The notes: generated from the letters alone by a model not told the origin. A DNA stretch of 64,000 nt from Felis catus (GCF_018350175.1 NC_058373.1:99512001-99576000); one strand, 5' to 3'. Counted from the first letter of the stretch, positions 1 to 12,527 are shown. Made by a program: numbers and translations.

Positions 1-447
1 TGTATAATCCCATCCCTCCCCCCTCCAACCTCCCAGAGTATGGGCTGGCCTAGTGACTTTTCACCTACAGAATGTGGTAATAGTGACAAGAAGTCACTTC
101 AGTAACCGTCTCTCACTGACTGATGAAGCAAGCTGTTACGCTGGGGAGGCCCACATGGCAAGGAACTGAGGGCAGCCTCTGGCCAATAGCCAGCCAGGCA
201 CTGAATTCTGCCAACAATCACCATGTAAGTGAACTTGGAAATGGATCCTTCTCCAGTCATGTCTGAGATGACACCTCATCTCTGGCTGACACTTTGCGGC
301 CTTGTGGGAGACCCTGACGCAGAGGACCCTACTCAGCAGGGCCCAGGTTCCGGACACATAGAAACTGTGAGAATTTAATAAACGTGAGTTGTTTTATGCT
401 GTTACGGTTTGGGATAATGTCTTATGCTGCACTAGAGAAGTGATACA
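1..447 (+). mobile_element. MaLR solo LTR fragment (MLT1E/F-like), 5' end outside window
   Basis: Typical MLT1 motifs GGCCCACATGGCAAGGAACTGAGG, GAATTCTGCCAACAATCAC, GAAACTGTGAGA..AATAAA and terminal TGATACA. Confidence 0.75.
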
Positions 448-459
448 GCTAGAAACTGT

Positions 460-590
460 GTTAAGGAAACAAAGACTTAGAGGAGTTTAAAAAACTCAGT
501 CACGAGGCTGGGAAGTACCAGAGCTGGGATCTGAACGCAGTTCTGCCTGATTTCTAAACCTCTGCCGAGGCACTAAATCATACTGCCACA
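460..590 (-). mobile_element. MIR fragment
   Basis: Antisense MIR-like GAGCTGGGATCTGAACGCAGTTCTGCCTGATTTCTAAA. Confidence 0.5.
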
Positions 591-699
591 AGGCCCTTTC
601 TTTGTGAGGCAGTTGTAGCCTACCTCTCTAACTTCGGCTCTGGCCACACAGCTGCCCTTTCAGCCGAGACTTTAGTCCTAACAGCCTCCTATTTTATGG

Positions 700-1035
700 T
701 TTGGAACATCTTCACATGCTCGTCCCTCTACCCCGAATGCTCTTCCCAATCAGCCTCCTCTACCCGTCACTCATCCTTCAACGCTAGAATAAAAAAATCC
801 TTCTCCTTCAGGAAGCTTTCCTGAAAACCACAGTCTGATTTAGAATCTCCATGTGCCCTGTGCCCGTCGTTATCATGCTGTCCATCACACCATATCTCCC
901 ACAATTCCCGATTGCCTCATGTCCCCCTCACCACCACCACCACACCTTGAGAGCAGGGACTGCTATTCAGGGCTTGCCGCAACACTTGCCCGGCTCCTTG
1001 GCACAAGCTTAGAAAAATGTTTGTTGAATGGGTGA
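700..1035 (+). mobile_element. L2 3' fragment
   Basis: Ends in L2-like TGGCACA...AAATGTTTGTTGAATG. Confidence 0.55.
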
Positions 1036-2459
1036 AAGCAAGCAAGCCAACGTGGGGCTAGGATCCATGTGGGCTGACTCAAATGAAACATTCTTTCCCC
1101 TACACCACCTTTCCTGCTCATCTGACCTGAGTTTCGTAATCTGCTTTACCAGACAGCAGCCCAGCCCACCTTTCGCTGTTTTCCAGTTTTTGTCATTGTT
1201 TTATTCATCCATCCATCCAACAATTTCCTGTAAGTTTACCATGGCAAACACAACTCTGCAAGACATAATGGAATACAAGGTGTGACCGCTGACCTTCGGG
1301 TGCTCTTGATCTGGTCTGGAGAACAAAGTATATCTATGAAAAAGCAGCAACACCGCAGCGTGGCACGGATTTGGCAGCAAAGCAGGCAAAAAAGAGCCGT
1401 TGCACCAGGAGGGTGTCACTAGTTTTGAATCTGATGCTGAGTCCAACGAATTCGACCCAATAGGAAAGAGGCTGACCTGGGCAGTCCCGGCTTCCTGTCT
1501 GCTTAGAGTGGCCGCATTCTTCTTGAAATATGAGGCTATAGACAGTTGTGCTGGGCAGACATTCCTTTGAGCTCTTATTCTAATATAATTTTTTAGAAGA
1601 CTATGGCACCCAAAGAGTGGTTTCTCCTTTAAAATGTCACTCTGTGTCTCGGAAAAAAGAAAAAAATCTGTCATAGTGATTTCACTGGTCAGAGTAAATA
1701 GTGAAGAAATATTTCTCTTGTATCCAGTTCCAGAGTAGAATTTCCATGACCTGCCAGACCAGCTAAAGAGGCAGAGGCCCCTTCTGGGTTGGCGGTGACA
1801 GAGGACTTCTTCTGTAGACGTTTTAGTCCTCTTGGATCCCATCTTCACAGTAGCTGGGAGCACGGCTCGAGAGGTGAGATTATTTAAACGCAGGACTTTT
1901 GCAGGAACGGTACCAGACGCCTTGCCAATAGACCTCAGCAAGAGTCTCCACAGTCATATTTGTGTGCGTGTGGTTATATGTCTGTTATAAATACCAAGAC
2001 TTCAAGAATGATGATACTTCCTGTTATTTTAATCAAGAGAATGGAAACACATTTGCTCCACAGTGTGGCAAATAGATGTCGGGATTCAAGAGAAAGTTCT
2101 ATGTATAGCACTGACTGGTATGTGTATGTGTTTGTGTTGGAGGTGGGCTTGGCAGAAAATGTCCTGGTGCTGGGTTGCACACACTGATTCTTTGCATAAC
2201 TTTACTGTCCATTAAATTCCAGGGTGAGTATATTAGCATGTGGAAAAAAACAGGGCTGTGCAAATTAGCACGTCTCCACAGGCTTAGGCTTAATTGAAAT
2301 TGTTAGGCCTTAGGAAAAACCATGTGCTACTTAGAGATTCTGAGTACTGCTTGAGATATATTTGGTGGGATCCCTACATTCTAATGACCTACAACTTTCA
2401 CTTGAGGTTTTCATTTATATCCCTCCCCAGGTGGGATGACACATCCAAGCCTCTTCTTC

Positions 2460-2676
2460 TTTTTTTTTTTAATTTTTTTTAATGTTTATTCATTTTTGAA
2501 AGAGCACAAGCAGGGGTGGGGCGGAGAGAGAGGGGGCTACACAGAATCTGAAGCAGGCTCCAGGCTCTGAGCTGGCAGCACAGCTCAGCGCTCGAGCGGG
2601 GCTCAAACTCACGAACGGCGAGATCATGACCTGAGCTGAAGTCGGATGCTCAACTGACTGAGCCGCCTAGGAACCC
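2460..2676 (-). mobile_element. CanSINE (SINEC)
   Basis: Reverse SINE body plus poly-T; TSD-like CCAAGCC(T/A)CTTCTT on both sides. Confidence 0.9.
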
Positions 2677-2869
2677 TTTTCCAAGCCACTTCTTGAACTA
2701 GATCTACTACTCTGAATTTCTGAGTTTTCAGTTTTTGTTAAGGGCAGCAATAGCCACTCCTTCTTTATTACCATTGTCCTATTTCCCGTCCTCATCATCT
2801 CACCCCTTATTCCCACCCCTTATTCCCAACCTTCTCTCTTGCATGAATCCACCCTAGATGGAAGATGAG

Positions 2870-3230
2870 TGCTGTCTCAGCTCCTCTTGCAGTGACAGTC
2901 ACCATCTGGTACAGTCCTGACCAAACTGCTAGCTGTGTGCTGAAAATCTGGTGATTCCAGGAGGGCTTCTACTTGGTGATTAAAGGGAACAGTTGCATCT
3001 TTCTCCATATTTGTTGCCTTAAACGTGGATGTGTTGGTTTGAGCTTGGGCAGTCCTCTTCTGACCACAAAGGGACAACTATGAAGACAAAAACATGGTGC
3101 AGCAAAAAGACAGAGAGGAGAAGACTGTCTTAGTGAGTATGTGCCTACCTCCAGACTTTTTGTTATGTAAGAAAACAAACGCTCATTGGCTTAAGCCACT
3201 GTTACATGCAGCAGTACCTATCCTGATACC
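2870..3230 (+). mobile_element. Degraded MaLR LTR (MLT1K/L-like)
   Basis: CCTACCTCCAGACTTTTTGTTATGTAAGAAAA..TTAAGCCACTG..CCTGATAC resembles an MLT1 3' end. Confidence 0.45.
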
Positions 3231-3272
3231 TTGCTAACTCCTTTCTCTACATCTATCTGAAACACAAATCTC

Positions 3273-3433
3273 GGCGCCTGGGTGGTTTGGTCGTTAAGCA
3301 TCTGACTTCAGCTCAGGTCATGGTCTCAAGGTTCATGAGTTCAAGTCCTACATCAGGTGAGCACGAGCCCCACTTCACTTTGAGCAAGCCCACTTCTCTC
3401 TCTGTCTCTCTGTCTCTCTCTTTGCCCCTCCTG

Positions 3434-3483
<50 letters not shown>

Positions 3484-3548
3484 CCACACTCACTTGCACC
3501 CCCTCTCTCTCAAAACAAAACAAAACAAAATAATAATAAATAAATAAA
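3273..3548 (+). mobile_element. CanSINE, variant middle region
   Basis: tRNA-like head, (CT)n, A-rich tail; flanked by CACAAATCT repeats. Confidence 0.85.
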
Positions 3549-4230
3549 CCCACAAATCTGACCATCACACGTTCCTGTCTAGGACCCTTTGGTGGATTCT
3601 CCCTCACTTTTAGGCTGAATCTTCAGCTGGAAAGGCTCAGTGGCTTGGCCTCTATCTGTCATCTCTGGCCTTTTCCTCCCTTCACCTTTAGCAATATTGA
3701 ACCATTGGTAGTTCCCCATCCTCACAGATAGCCTGACGGCAGTGCGCCTCTGTTTGTGCTATTCCTTGCTTGGAACACCCTTCCTATCTCCTGATGATCT
3801 CTCATTCCCTCCGGGATTTAGTTCAGACATCACGTCGGCAGCCTTACAGAGTTCTGGCAGAGAACCACCCTGAGTGGTTGTAACACCTGGGCACACCCGT
3901 GTCTCAAGTCCTCACCAAAAATACTGAAATGGTCTCTTTGTATCTGTCCTTTCAACTGGTTAAAAGGGCCTCAGGGATAGTTTTCATTTAATGGCTCTTT
4001 CGTCTTCTTTTTTTCTTATGCACTCTTAAGGACTCAGTACATCTATTTCAGATCATTTTTACCACAAGCCTGAGCACAGAAAAAGAGATAGGCCTTGACA
4101 GTCCCACATGACCATTAGAATGTGAACCATCCTTCCCTGAAGGCAGGACCAATCTTCCTCATTCTAAACATCATGGGTCTAGCATAATACCTGGTACATC
4201 CTTCCTGGCTGTTTTGTAAACCATTGTTGA

Positions 4231-4284
4231 TTTGTTTTTTTGTTTTTTAAGTTCTTTTTTTTTTAATGTTTATTTAATTTTGTT

Positions 4285-4330
<46 letters not shown>

Positions 4331-4428
4331 GTCAGCACAGAGCCTGGTGGGGCTCGAACTCACAGACTGTGAGATCATGACCTGAGCCGAAGTCAGACGC
4401 TTAACCGATTGAGCCACCCAGAGGCCCC
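4231..4428 (-). mobile_element. CanSINE (internally deleted)
   Basis: TSD AACCATTGTTGA at 4219-4230 and 4429-4440; (GA)n. Confidence 0.9.
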
Positions 4429-4505
4429 AACCATTGTTGACTTGAATTGGGAAAAAGTATTGTAAAGAAATCTTCCCCCAAAAGTAAAGAAATAAAAAGA
4501 AATCA

Positions 4506-4735
4506 GGGCTCCTGGGTGGCTCAGCCAGTTGAGCATCCGACTTCGGCTCAGGTCATGATCTCAAGGTTCATGAGTTGGAGCCCCGGGTCCGGCTCTGCGC
4601 TGACAGCTCAGAGCCAGGAGCTGCTTCAGATTCTGTGTCTCCCTCTCTCTCTCTTTGCCCCTCTCCCACTCATGCTCTGTCTCTCTCTCTCTTTCTTGAA
4701 AATAAATAAACTTTACAAAAATTTTTAAAAAAAAG
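4506..4735 (+). mobile_element. CanSINE
   Basis: GGGCTCCTGGGTGGCTCAG head, (CT)n, A tail. Confidence 0.9.
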
Positions 4736-5399
4736 ATATCTTCCATAACTCCCATACTTTTCCATGAATAATCTACTCCCAGATTCTTCACATATTCGTT
4801 ACAATCAGGGTTATTGTGGAATAAAAGGAATTAAAAGGTGTGGCCATTTATATTGGTAGCCAAGATACCTTCATTACTAATTATATTTGAAGGTTTGATG
4901 GATAATAGCATTATTTGCCTGTAGACAGAATGGTACAAAAAGGTCAACATTGTTCTCTCTCCTCTTGTAACTTCACTGCAGTCAGAGGCCAAACCTCACA
5001 AGTTAGCTCTTAACACCAGTATCCATTCTTCTTGAAGACTTCTCTCCCCAACCAGACTACAAGTTCCTCAAAGGTTCTACTTTTCACTTCCTTGAATACT
5101 CCCACACTATCTGACACAATGTTGAGTAAATACGGGCAGGTCAACTTCTAATGAGTTGAGCGACTGCCCAAGAGTGACCTCAGTGTGTGCTGTCTCCATT
5201 GCATTGTGGCTGTGGTTGTGTTTCCAAAGGCTGTTGTCCTTGGCTTCATCTGTGCTTCTTTCCTAGACATCCTGTGCGTCTTACCAAATTGAGTCACCTC
5301 GTTTCTGTTGCATGTGGCCTGCTGGCCATTGTCCCTTTCTCTAGAACTTAGTGCATAAGTCAGAACAATGCTGATAACGCCAAAAATAAGAATAGCAAG

Positions 5400-5610
5400 C
5401 CTTAATTGAACCTTTATAATGTACTAGCTTCTAGTTAAGGACTATATATACATTATTTCATTAATCCATTCAACACACCCAGTTTGCAGACAAAGAAAGG
5501 AGCTGAGAGGGATTAAGCAACTTGATAAAAAATTCAGCCAACAAGAATTGAAGCAGAATTCAAACTCAGGTGGTCTGACTCCAGGACCCAAACTTTTAAC
5601 CTCCTAAGAC
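5400..5610 (-). mobile_element. MIR fragment
   Basis: GCAGACAAAGAAA..GAGAGGGATTAAGCAACTTG..GAATTCAAACTCAGGTGGTCTGACTCCAG. Confidence 0.55.
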
Positions 5611-5864
5611 TGTGGATCTGATTCTCTGGTAGACCAGTCACTTTGCTCAGTAACCTGGTCACAGACAGTACCTTTAATTCTGTAAGACTGATAAAGGTAA
5701 TCAGTTCTATCTAGTATTCCCTATAATTTATAAAGTTGGAATTGTGTTATCTTTATTGAAAACCATCTCATGCATGATTAAGGAATTATAAATACCAAAC
5801 TATATAGAGAAATATGACCCAATACCCTTAAGGCATTTGCAATCTAGATTTGGAGGTAATAACA

Positions 5865-6020
5865 GCTCTAATTTATTGAACATTTCTTATGCAATAGACA
5901 GTATAATATATTATTTGCAATCCTTACAACAACCCTCTAAGATAAGGAAAATGAGACTCTGAGAATTTAATTGACTTGCTCAGGCTATAACAACTAGCAG
6001 TAGTTGAGCTAGGATCTGAT
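5865..6020 (-). mobile_element. MIR fragment
   Basis: AATCCTTACAACAACCCT..GATAAGGAAAATGAGACTCTGAGAATTTAATTGACTTGCTCAGG. Confidence 0.55.
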
Positions 6021-6611
6021 GGCCCCAACAGTCACATCAAATGTAAATGTGGCTGTGTTTCTTGCATCTGGTGATAGGAACTTGGTACATAAGTCATCCA
6101 GAATGACCATGAGCACAAAAATGAGCCAGAAGTCTTCCAAGTATAAACATCAGAAATAACAAAAACAACAAATAAATGAAGAAAAGGCAGAAATGTGAAG
6201 GCTACAAAATCTTCACGATACTTGATTCCATTAATATATTGATAGATACATCAAGCAGAGGAATGTCCATATCAGATGCTACTCATGTTTATACTGTAAT
6301 AGCACTACCAAGTTTAGCATGAGTAAGAATAAGCTCTCAAATTCTAAATGATACACAGTGGGCTATGTCCCATGGCTGCCCTCCTTTTTATTGTTTTGTT
6401 TTTACCATGGACATGTAACCTGATAAAGATACTCCATGAATTGGCTAGGGTGCATTTCTACTGCCAACGTAAAGTATATCAAAATGAAAGGCACTAACTT
6501 AACATGCAGTCATAGTAAATAAGTACCTTTATTTGGACCTTATTTTTTAGCCAGCTTATGTTGGCAAGGCCTGCTGGGATATGGTCTTAGTCCAAATCCC
6601 ATGTTTTAAAG

Positions 6612-6770
6612 CTATGGTTCTTAACAATAGCTGCATGTGGGAATTACCTTGGGAATTTTTTTCCCTCTCAAAGACTAATTAAAACAGAACCCCTGGGGTC
6701 AGACTCAGGTATCAGTATGTTTTAAGGTTCTCAAGGTGATTCAAAGTACAGCCAAGGTTGAAAACCACTG
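6612..6770. mobile_element. MER5-like hAT-Charlie MITE
   Basis: Termini ATGGTTCTTAAC / GTTGAAAACCACTG; internal TTTTAAGGTTCTCAAGGTGATTC. Confidence 0.6.
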
Positions 6771-9145
6771 TTCTACAGACACCTTATAAATAGCTCGTGC
6801 TGGCCACTTTGACCTAAGGAAAATCTATTTATAAGTCACTGAGTGTTTGAACCTACTCTTAACATTTTTTCAAGATAAAATGGTCTCTTCCGTAGCTATG
6901 GTACATAGCTAAGTAGGGTTTAAACAAATCCTTTAGGAGTATGAACAGATTCAATATACTTTTTTTACAAAGGGGTTGGGGGGAGAAACAATGATCTTAC
7001 CATCTCTGTGGCCCGCTTCTGAGAGGAAGCAGAATGATCTCTGGCCTGGGGAAGAATAAAAAAGTAGGACTTCTAAATTTTCTTAGTAGCATGTCTACTT
7101 TGTTGGTATATATCTGTGGCCTACAGAGCTTTCTTTGATGAACCACACTGAATACTGCTGTGTTATGTACCAGGCAGAGAGGTTGGTGAGGAATTAACTG
7201 AAATTCAGCCCATGGCAGTAATTTCCAAGAGACATCTGATATTTGAAACACAGCGTACAGGAATATGTCCATCCCTATATTCCATCCCTGTAGCAAGTAA
7301 CATTATTATGAATAAATGCACTTGGATTATTTTGTCTTGCTGCCTCCAAAAAATCCCTCGACTGGATGAAGATTTACTTGTATGCTCTCAACTTTTATAG
7401 AAGGTCTTTATGGGAAAAGTGAACTTGACATTTAGTCTTTTTTTATGAAACCATATTTATAGATATTATCTATGTTAATGAACTTTCTCATATAAGGTTT
7501 ATAAAAAAAAAATGTCTCCTAAAATTTGGGACCAGGAATGAGTGTCTCCAGTCCATTCTGGATGTCTCTTGAATTAGACACGGAGAAACTGTACCACTCT
7601 GCCTAGATCAGCTGGTGCCAGTCACAAAACCCAAGAGTTAAACCCAGAGCTCATTTCACTTTAGGAAAGCATTTTAATTAGCTAACAATTCTTCAAGTTC
7701 ATTGTGCTGAACACTGAATGTGTCACCTTTCACCCCAACCCACTCCATCTCCTGCCTTCTCTTGCTGTCAATTGCACCCCCATTTCCCCAGACGCTCAAG
7801 CTGGAAACTTCAGTCACTTCTGTGTGATTTCCCACTTTCCCTTCTCACTGACATCCAATTACTTGACAAATGGAACAGACCATAATTTCACAGAGATCAA
7901 GATTCTACCTATTTTATTCACTGATAAAATTCCTGTCCCTGGCGCAATACCTGACACGTGGCAAAGGTTCTATTGAGTGAATCAAGTTCTATAGACTTAT
8001 TGTCTTGACTCCTAGTCTCTTTAGTCTTTACCTCCTTCTGCTCCTGCCATCCTCCAAGTACAGGCTCTTACTACCTTTCCTTGTCAGTAAATAACACTCC
8101 TCTGTCCTGACCCCAGTCCCCATCTCCTGGTCTATCAGATCAACTGCTGCTAAGAAAGCTTTCTAAAATACCTGAATATGCCCGTTCCATACTCAAAAGC
8201 TCCCCTTAACCTAGCATTCAACATGAGTGTTTGATATTATTCTTACATCTGCTTCCAATAATAACTATGTGGTGTGAGAGAAAAGAAGTGGGAGCCGCGG
8301 CCAGACCATGGGAGCTGCGAGGAAAGATGCCGACGGGTACTAATCCCAGGGTCAGGATGGGGACAAACAGCTATGTACCTTTCTGTGGAAACGGAAGGAA
8401 GTTATGTAGGTGACGGCAGGTTAAAGTGGTAAAGCGCCATAGACAGGTATGGTTAGCGCTACAGACAGGTATGTTTTCTCGGTAATAGATGTTCAGGAAG
8501 ATAACCCCGAGTCATCGAAAAAAAATTGCAACTTATTTCAACATGTCAGAGAAACGGATGTATCCTTTCAGAAAGATTTCTATCCTCGGTTTTCATTCAT
8601 CATCTTGCTAGCTCCTAACAACGCTTGCCTTTGCAGAGTTTGTGGTTTACAGTGCATGATTTCACATGCACTATCTCACAGAGCTCATTTTAACATCCTG
8701 AAGAGATAAGCATTAATACCCTCATGGGGACACCCAGACTCGGAGAGGTTGGGTGACACGGCCAAAGTCACCCAGCTAGGAAGTGACAGTACATGCCTAA
8801 TGTAATTTATACTGTGGAATTTGTTTGTGGGCACATTCTTGATCTCTGTGTTATCTGGAATCAAAACCCTAGGCTTCAGAAGCCAAGTCTGGCGGCTTAG
8901 TCACTCCACCACAGCCGTCCCTTTCCCCAACACCATCCATGGCTCCGTGTTCTGGAGTGTATCATTCCCTCAAGACTATATGTAGCAGCGGCAACAGAAG
9001 TGGTGTTAGTAATTGACTTCCAATGTTTCACAATGCAGGCAAGCATGAATTATTTTATTTAATCCTCAGAGCAGCTCTTTGAGGAGAATTTTATTATCAC
9101 TTTTTACACCTGATGAACAGAGGCCCAAAGAAAGAAAGCTGGCTA

Positions 9146-9378
9146 GGGGTGCCTGGGTGGCTCAGTTGGTTAAGCGACTGACTTCGGCTCAGGTCATGAT
9201 CTCACGGTCCGTGAGCTCGGTGAGTTCGAGCCCCGCGTCTGGTTCTATGCTGACAGCTCAGAGACTGGAGCCTGCTTTGGATTCTGTGTCTCCCTCTCTC
9301 TCTCTGCCCCTCCCCTGCTCATACTCTGTCTCTCTCTCAAAAATGAATAAATGTTAAAAAATTAAAAAAAAAAAAAAG
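9146..9378 (+). mobile_element. CanSINE inserted in a MIR
   Basis: Full SINE; TSD-like AAAGAAA(G/T)CTGGCTA. Confidence 0.9.
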
Positions 9379-10324
9379 AAATCTGGCTAAGGATACACAG
9401 CTACCAAGTGCTAAGACTAACATTTGAAGCTGGGCAGGGAGACTCAGAAACCTGAGTATCTAACATTTGCTATGACATGTGCCCTTAGAACTTTAGGAAA
9501 ATCTCCAATCTTTCCAGATTGTCCTCCTTTGATAGTGTCATTTGTGTCCACTGCCACTTCTTTACTTTGTATTCTACATATTGAATGAGTGGTGAACTGA
9601 CACACAGGTGACTTAATCATTCAGAAAGAATCCCAGTCATCATTATATATCCTTGAGCTCCGTTACTGATTTGATCTCATTTTTTTCCCCTTAGTTCATA
9701 AGCTCATGGCCTTCAGAACTGAGGGCCCCAGGAAATCCCATCATCTAATCTCCTTGTTTTAGTGTGACAAAACTCTGACTCAGAAAGTTACAGTCACACA
9801 TCACAGCACCAGGAGGAACAATCGAGCCTAGTTCCCACGCTAGCAATCATTGAGCCAAAGCTCCAGCCCTTGCTGCCCAGATATAAACAGAGATGATGAG
9901 AAGAAGCATCCTCCGTCAGATCAGTTTCAAGCACTGGTGACACTTTCTTTCCCGAGCTTTCTGGCTGTTACCCTTCCAAAGACAAGGTACCTAGGAAGGG
10001 CTTAACAGACCCAGTAATTTGATGATTTGGGTTGAAAAGATCCCCTTTTAGCACCTACTTGAAGCAGCTGGCAGCCACAGTAAACAGAATAACAGATGGA
10101 ATCAAATAGACAGCAAGCTAGTTTCCCACCGCTATTTTCTGGCAGGGGCAGGGGGAGGCGTTCTATTAAATGAAGGGAAATAAAATGATAGGCCTTTGGG
10201 GGAGGGCACTTCCTTCAGTTTAGAGTCTTAGGTATATGCTGTTATGCGAAGTGGTCACTTCACTAAGAACATCTGGTGCATCATTACCAAATTCAGGGTG
10301 GCACTTTAACGACTTATTTATATG

Positions 10325-10549
10325 AGGAGCACCTGGGTGGCTCTGTCGGTTAAGCGTCCAACTTCAGCTCAGGCCATGATCTCACGGTTCGCGGGTTCAA
10401 GGCTCGCATCAGGCTCTGCTGACGGCTCAGAGCCTGAAGCCTGCTTCAGATTCTCTGTCTCCCTCTCTCTGCCCTTCTCCTGCTCACATTCTGTCTCTCT
10501 CTGTCTCTCAAAAATAAACATTAAAAATTAAAATAAATAAAAATAAAAA
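10325..10549 (+). mobile_element. CanSINE
   Basis: Full SINE; TSD ACTTATTTATATG. Confidence 0.9.
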
Positions 10550-11314
10550 CTTATTTATATGGAACAATCTGTTTCAGTCTCTCCTATTAACAAACCCAAT
10601 TTGTCAAGGCTGACTCATTAATAAGCCATGCTCAAAGGGTAGGCTTCCCTTCTAGGTTGAGCTGGAAAATGGAGGTGACTGAGGAGAGCTCAGGCTTCTG
10701 GCCTTAGACCAGCAGATTTTATCGTGTTGTTATTTTCTCCTTTTCCTTCTTTTACCTTTAAAAAATTTTTTTTAATTTATTTTATTTTATTACCCCTCCG
10801 TAAGATGCACAAACTTAAAGAAAAAATATACTCAGAAACAGTGCTTTTATTTGGCCATATACCATGCTAACTGCTAAAGAGATTATTCTCATGCACTGCA
10901 TTTTACATTTTCAAGCCCACGCAGATATATGCTGTCAGGGTCCACAAAACTGTTAGAGGAGAGAGAACCTTGCTTCCTCTGGCACTTAAGGGCCTTCTTT
11001 ACTCATGGTCTGAATAAAAGGAAGAATGAGCATAGGAATATGAGACAAACATGATCAAACAATTTTTTGCATCTAATTGATGGGTGGGCAAGGCAACCTT
11101 CCAGTGTGAAGGGGATTAAAGCCTTAATGGACAGCATTCACAACCTGTATAGTCTGCTCCTGAATAACTGTTGACCCACACTTCATACAGTTCGAACTTA
11201 TACAGAGAGTTTGCAGGCTATGGCTCTGAACTCCCAATCTCTCCTTAGGTAGCAAGAATATCAGTTAATTTACAATTGGCAACTACCTTTGTCAATTTAA
11301 AAGCAGGTTCTCTT

Positions 11315-11480
11315 GGGGTGCCTGGGTGGCTCAGTCTGTTGAGTGTCAGAGTCTTGATTTCGGCTCAGGTCATGATCCCAGAGTTGTGGGGTTGAGCTCC
11401 ACGTATTGTCTCTTTCTCTCTGCCCCTCTCCCTGGCTTGTGCACTCTCTCTCCCCCCGCCTCTCTCTCTCTCTCTTTTTT
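11315..11480 (+). mobile_element. CanSINE (older, internally deleted)
   Basis: Head GGGGTGCCTGGGTGGCTCAG; TSD-like AAAGCAG(G/T)TTCTCTT. Confidence 0.85.
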
Positions 11481-12114
11481 AAAGCAGTTTCTCTTAACCC
11501 AGAAAACTTATAAGATTAATCAATACTTGTCAACTTTTTAAAATAAAACATCAATTAGATCTTTTTTCAATAGCATTTTTAAAGTATTTTTTAAATTTAC
11601 ATACAATAAAATTCATTTTTTTTTTGGTGTATAGTTTATGAGTTTTGCAAATGCTTAGGGTTGTATAACCACCACTGCAATCAAGATACAGAACAACGCC
11701 ATCACCCTAAAGCACTGCCCGGTGATTCCACTTTCCTCACCCCACCCCTAATCCCTGGATAGCAACTTACAGTTGTGCCTTTTCCAGAATGTCACATAAG
11801 TGGAATCATACAGCTATTCTTTCACTCAGCGTAACGCATTTGAGATTCATCTATGTTGTCACATGTCTTAATGGCTTGTTTCTTTTCACTGCTTTCTAGT
11901 AGTTCATTTTATTGACACACCAGTTTGTTTATCCATTCACCAGTTGAAACACACTAAGCTGTCTTCAGATATTGATGATTATGAATAAGACAGCTACAAA
12001 CATTCCTGTGCAGGTGTTTGCGTTAAAATAACTTTTCTTTCTCTTGCCCAAGGAGTGCAATTGCTGAGTCATATGCTAAGTGTATGTTAAACTTTATAAG
12101 AAATTGCCAAACTG

Positions 12115-12302
12115 GGGGGCGCCTGGGTGGCTCAGTTCGTTGTGCATCTGACTCTTGATTTCAGCTTAGGTCATGATCTCAGGATGGTGAGATTGAGCCC
12201 TGCATTAGGCTCTGCACTCAGTGTAGAACCTGCTTAAGATTCTCTTTCTCTCTCTCACTCTCTCTCCCTCTGCCCTTCTCCCCTTATACATAGGCTCCCT
12301 AT
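12115..12302 (+). mobile_element. CanSINE (older)
   Basis: TSD-like ATTG(C/T)CAAACTG at about 12103-12114 and 12546-12557. Confidence 0.85.
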
Positions 12303-12305
12303 TTC

Positions 12306-12527
12306 TTTTTTTTTTTTTTTTAATTTTTTTTAACGTTCATTTATTTTTGAGACAGAGAGAGAGCATGAATGGGGAGGGTCAGAGAGAGGGAGACACAGAA
12401 TCTGAAACAGGCTCCAGGCTCTGAGCTGTCAGCCCAGAGCCCGACGCGGGGCTCCAACTCACGGACCGTGAGATCATGACCTGAGCCGAAGTCGGCCGCT
12501 TAACCGACTGAGCCACCCAGGCGCCCC
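12306..12527 (-). mobile_element. Young CanSINE nested in the tail of the previous SINE
   Basis: TSD CTCCCTATTTCTT at 12295-12307 and 12527-12539; CpGs intact. Confidence 0.92.

Noticed and set aside
1880..1981. Possible minus-strand terminal exon TYNHTHTNMTVETLAEVYWQGVWYRSCKSPAFK*
   Set aside because: Weak acceptor (TATTTATAACAG) and no recognisable homology; cannot be supported.
8379..8458. Possible 80-nt minus-strand exon
   Set aside because: Mediocre splice sites (GTACAT donor); chaining it with other candidates gives no recognisable protein.
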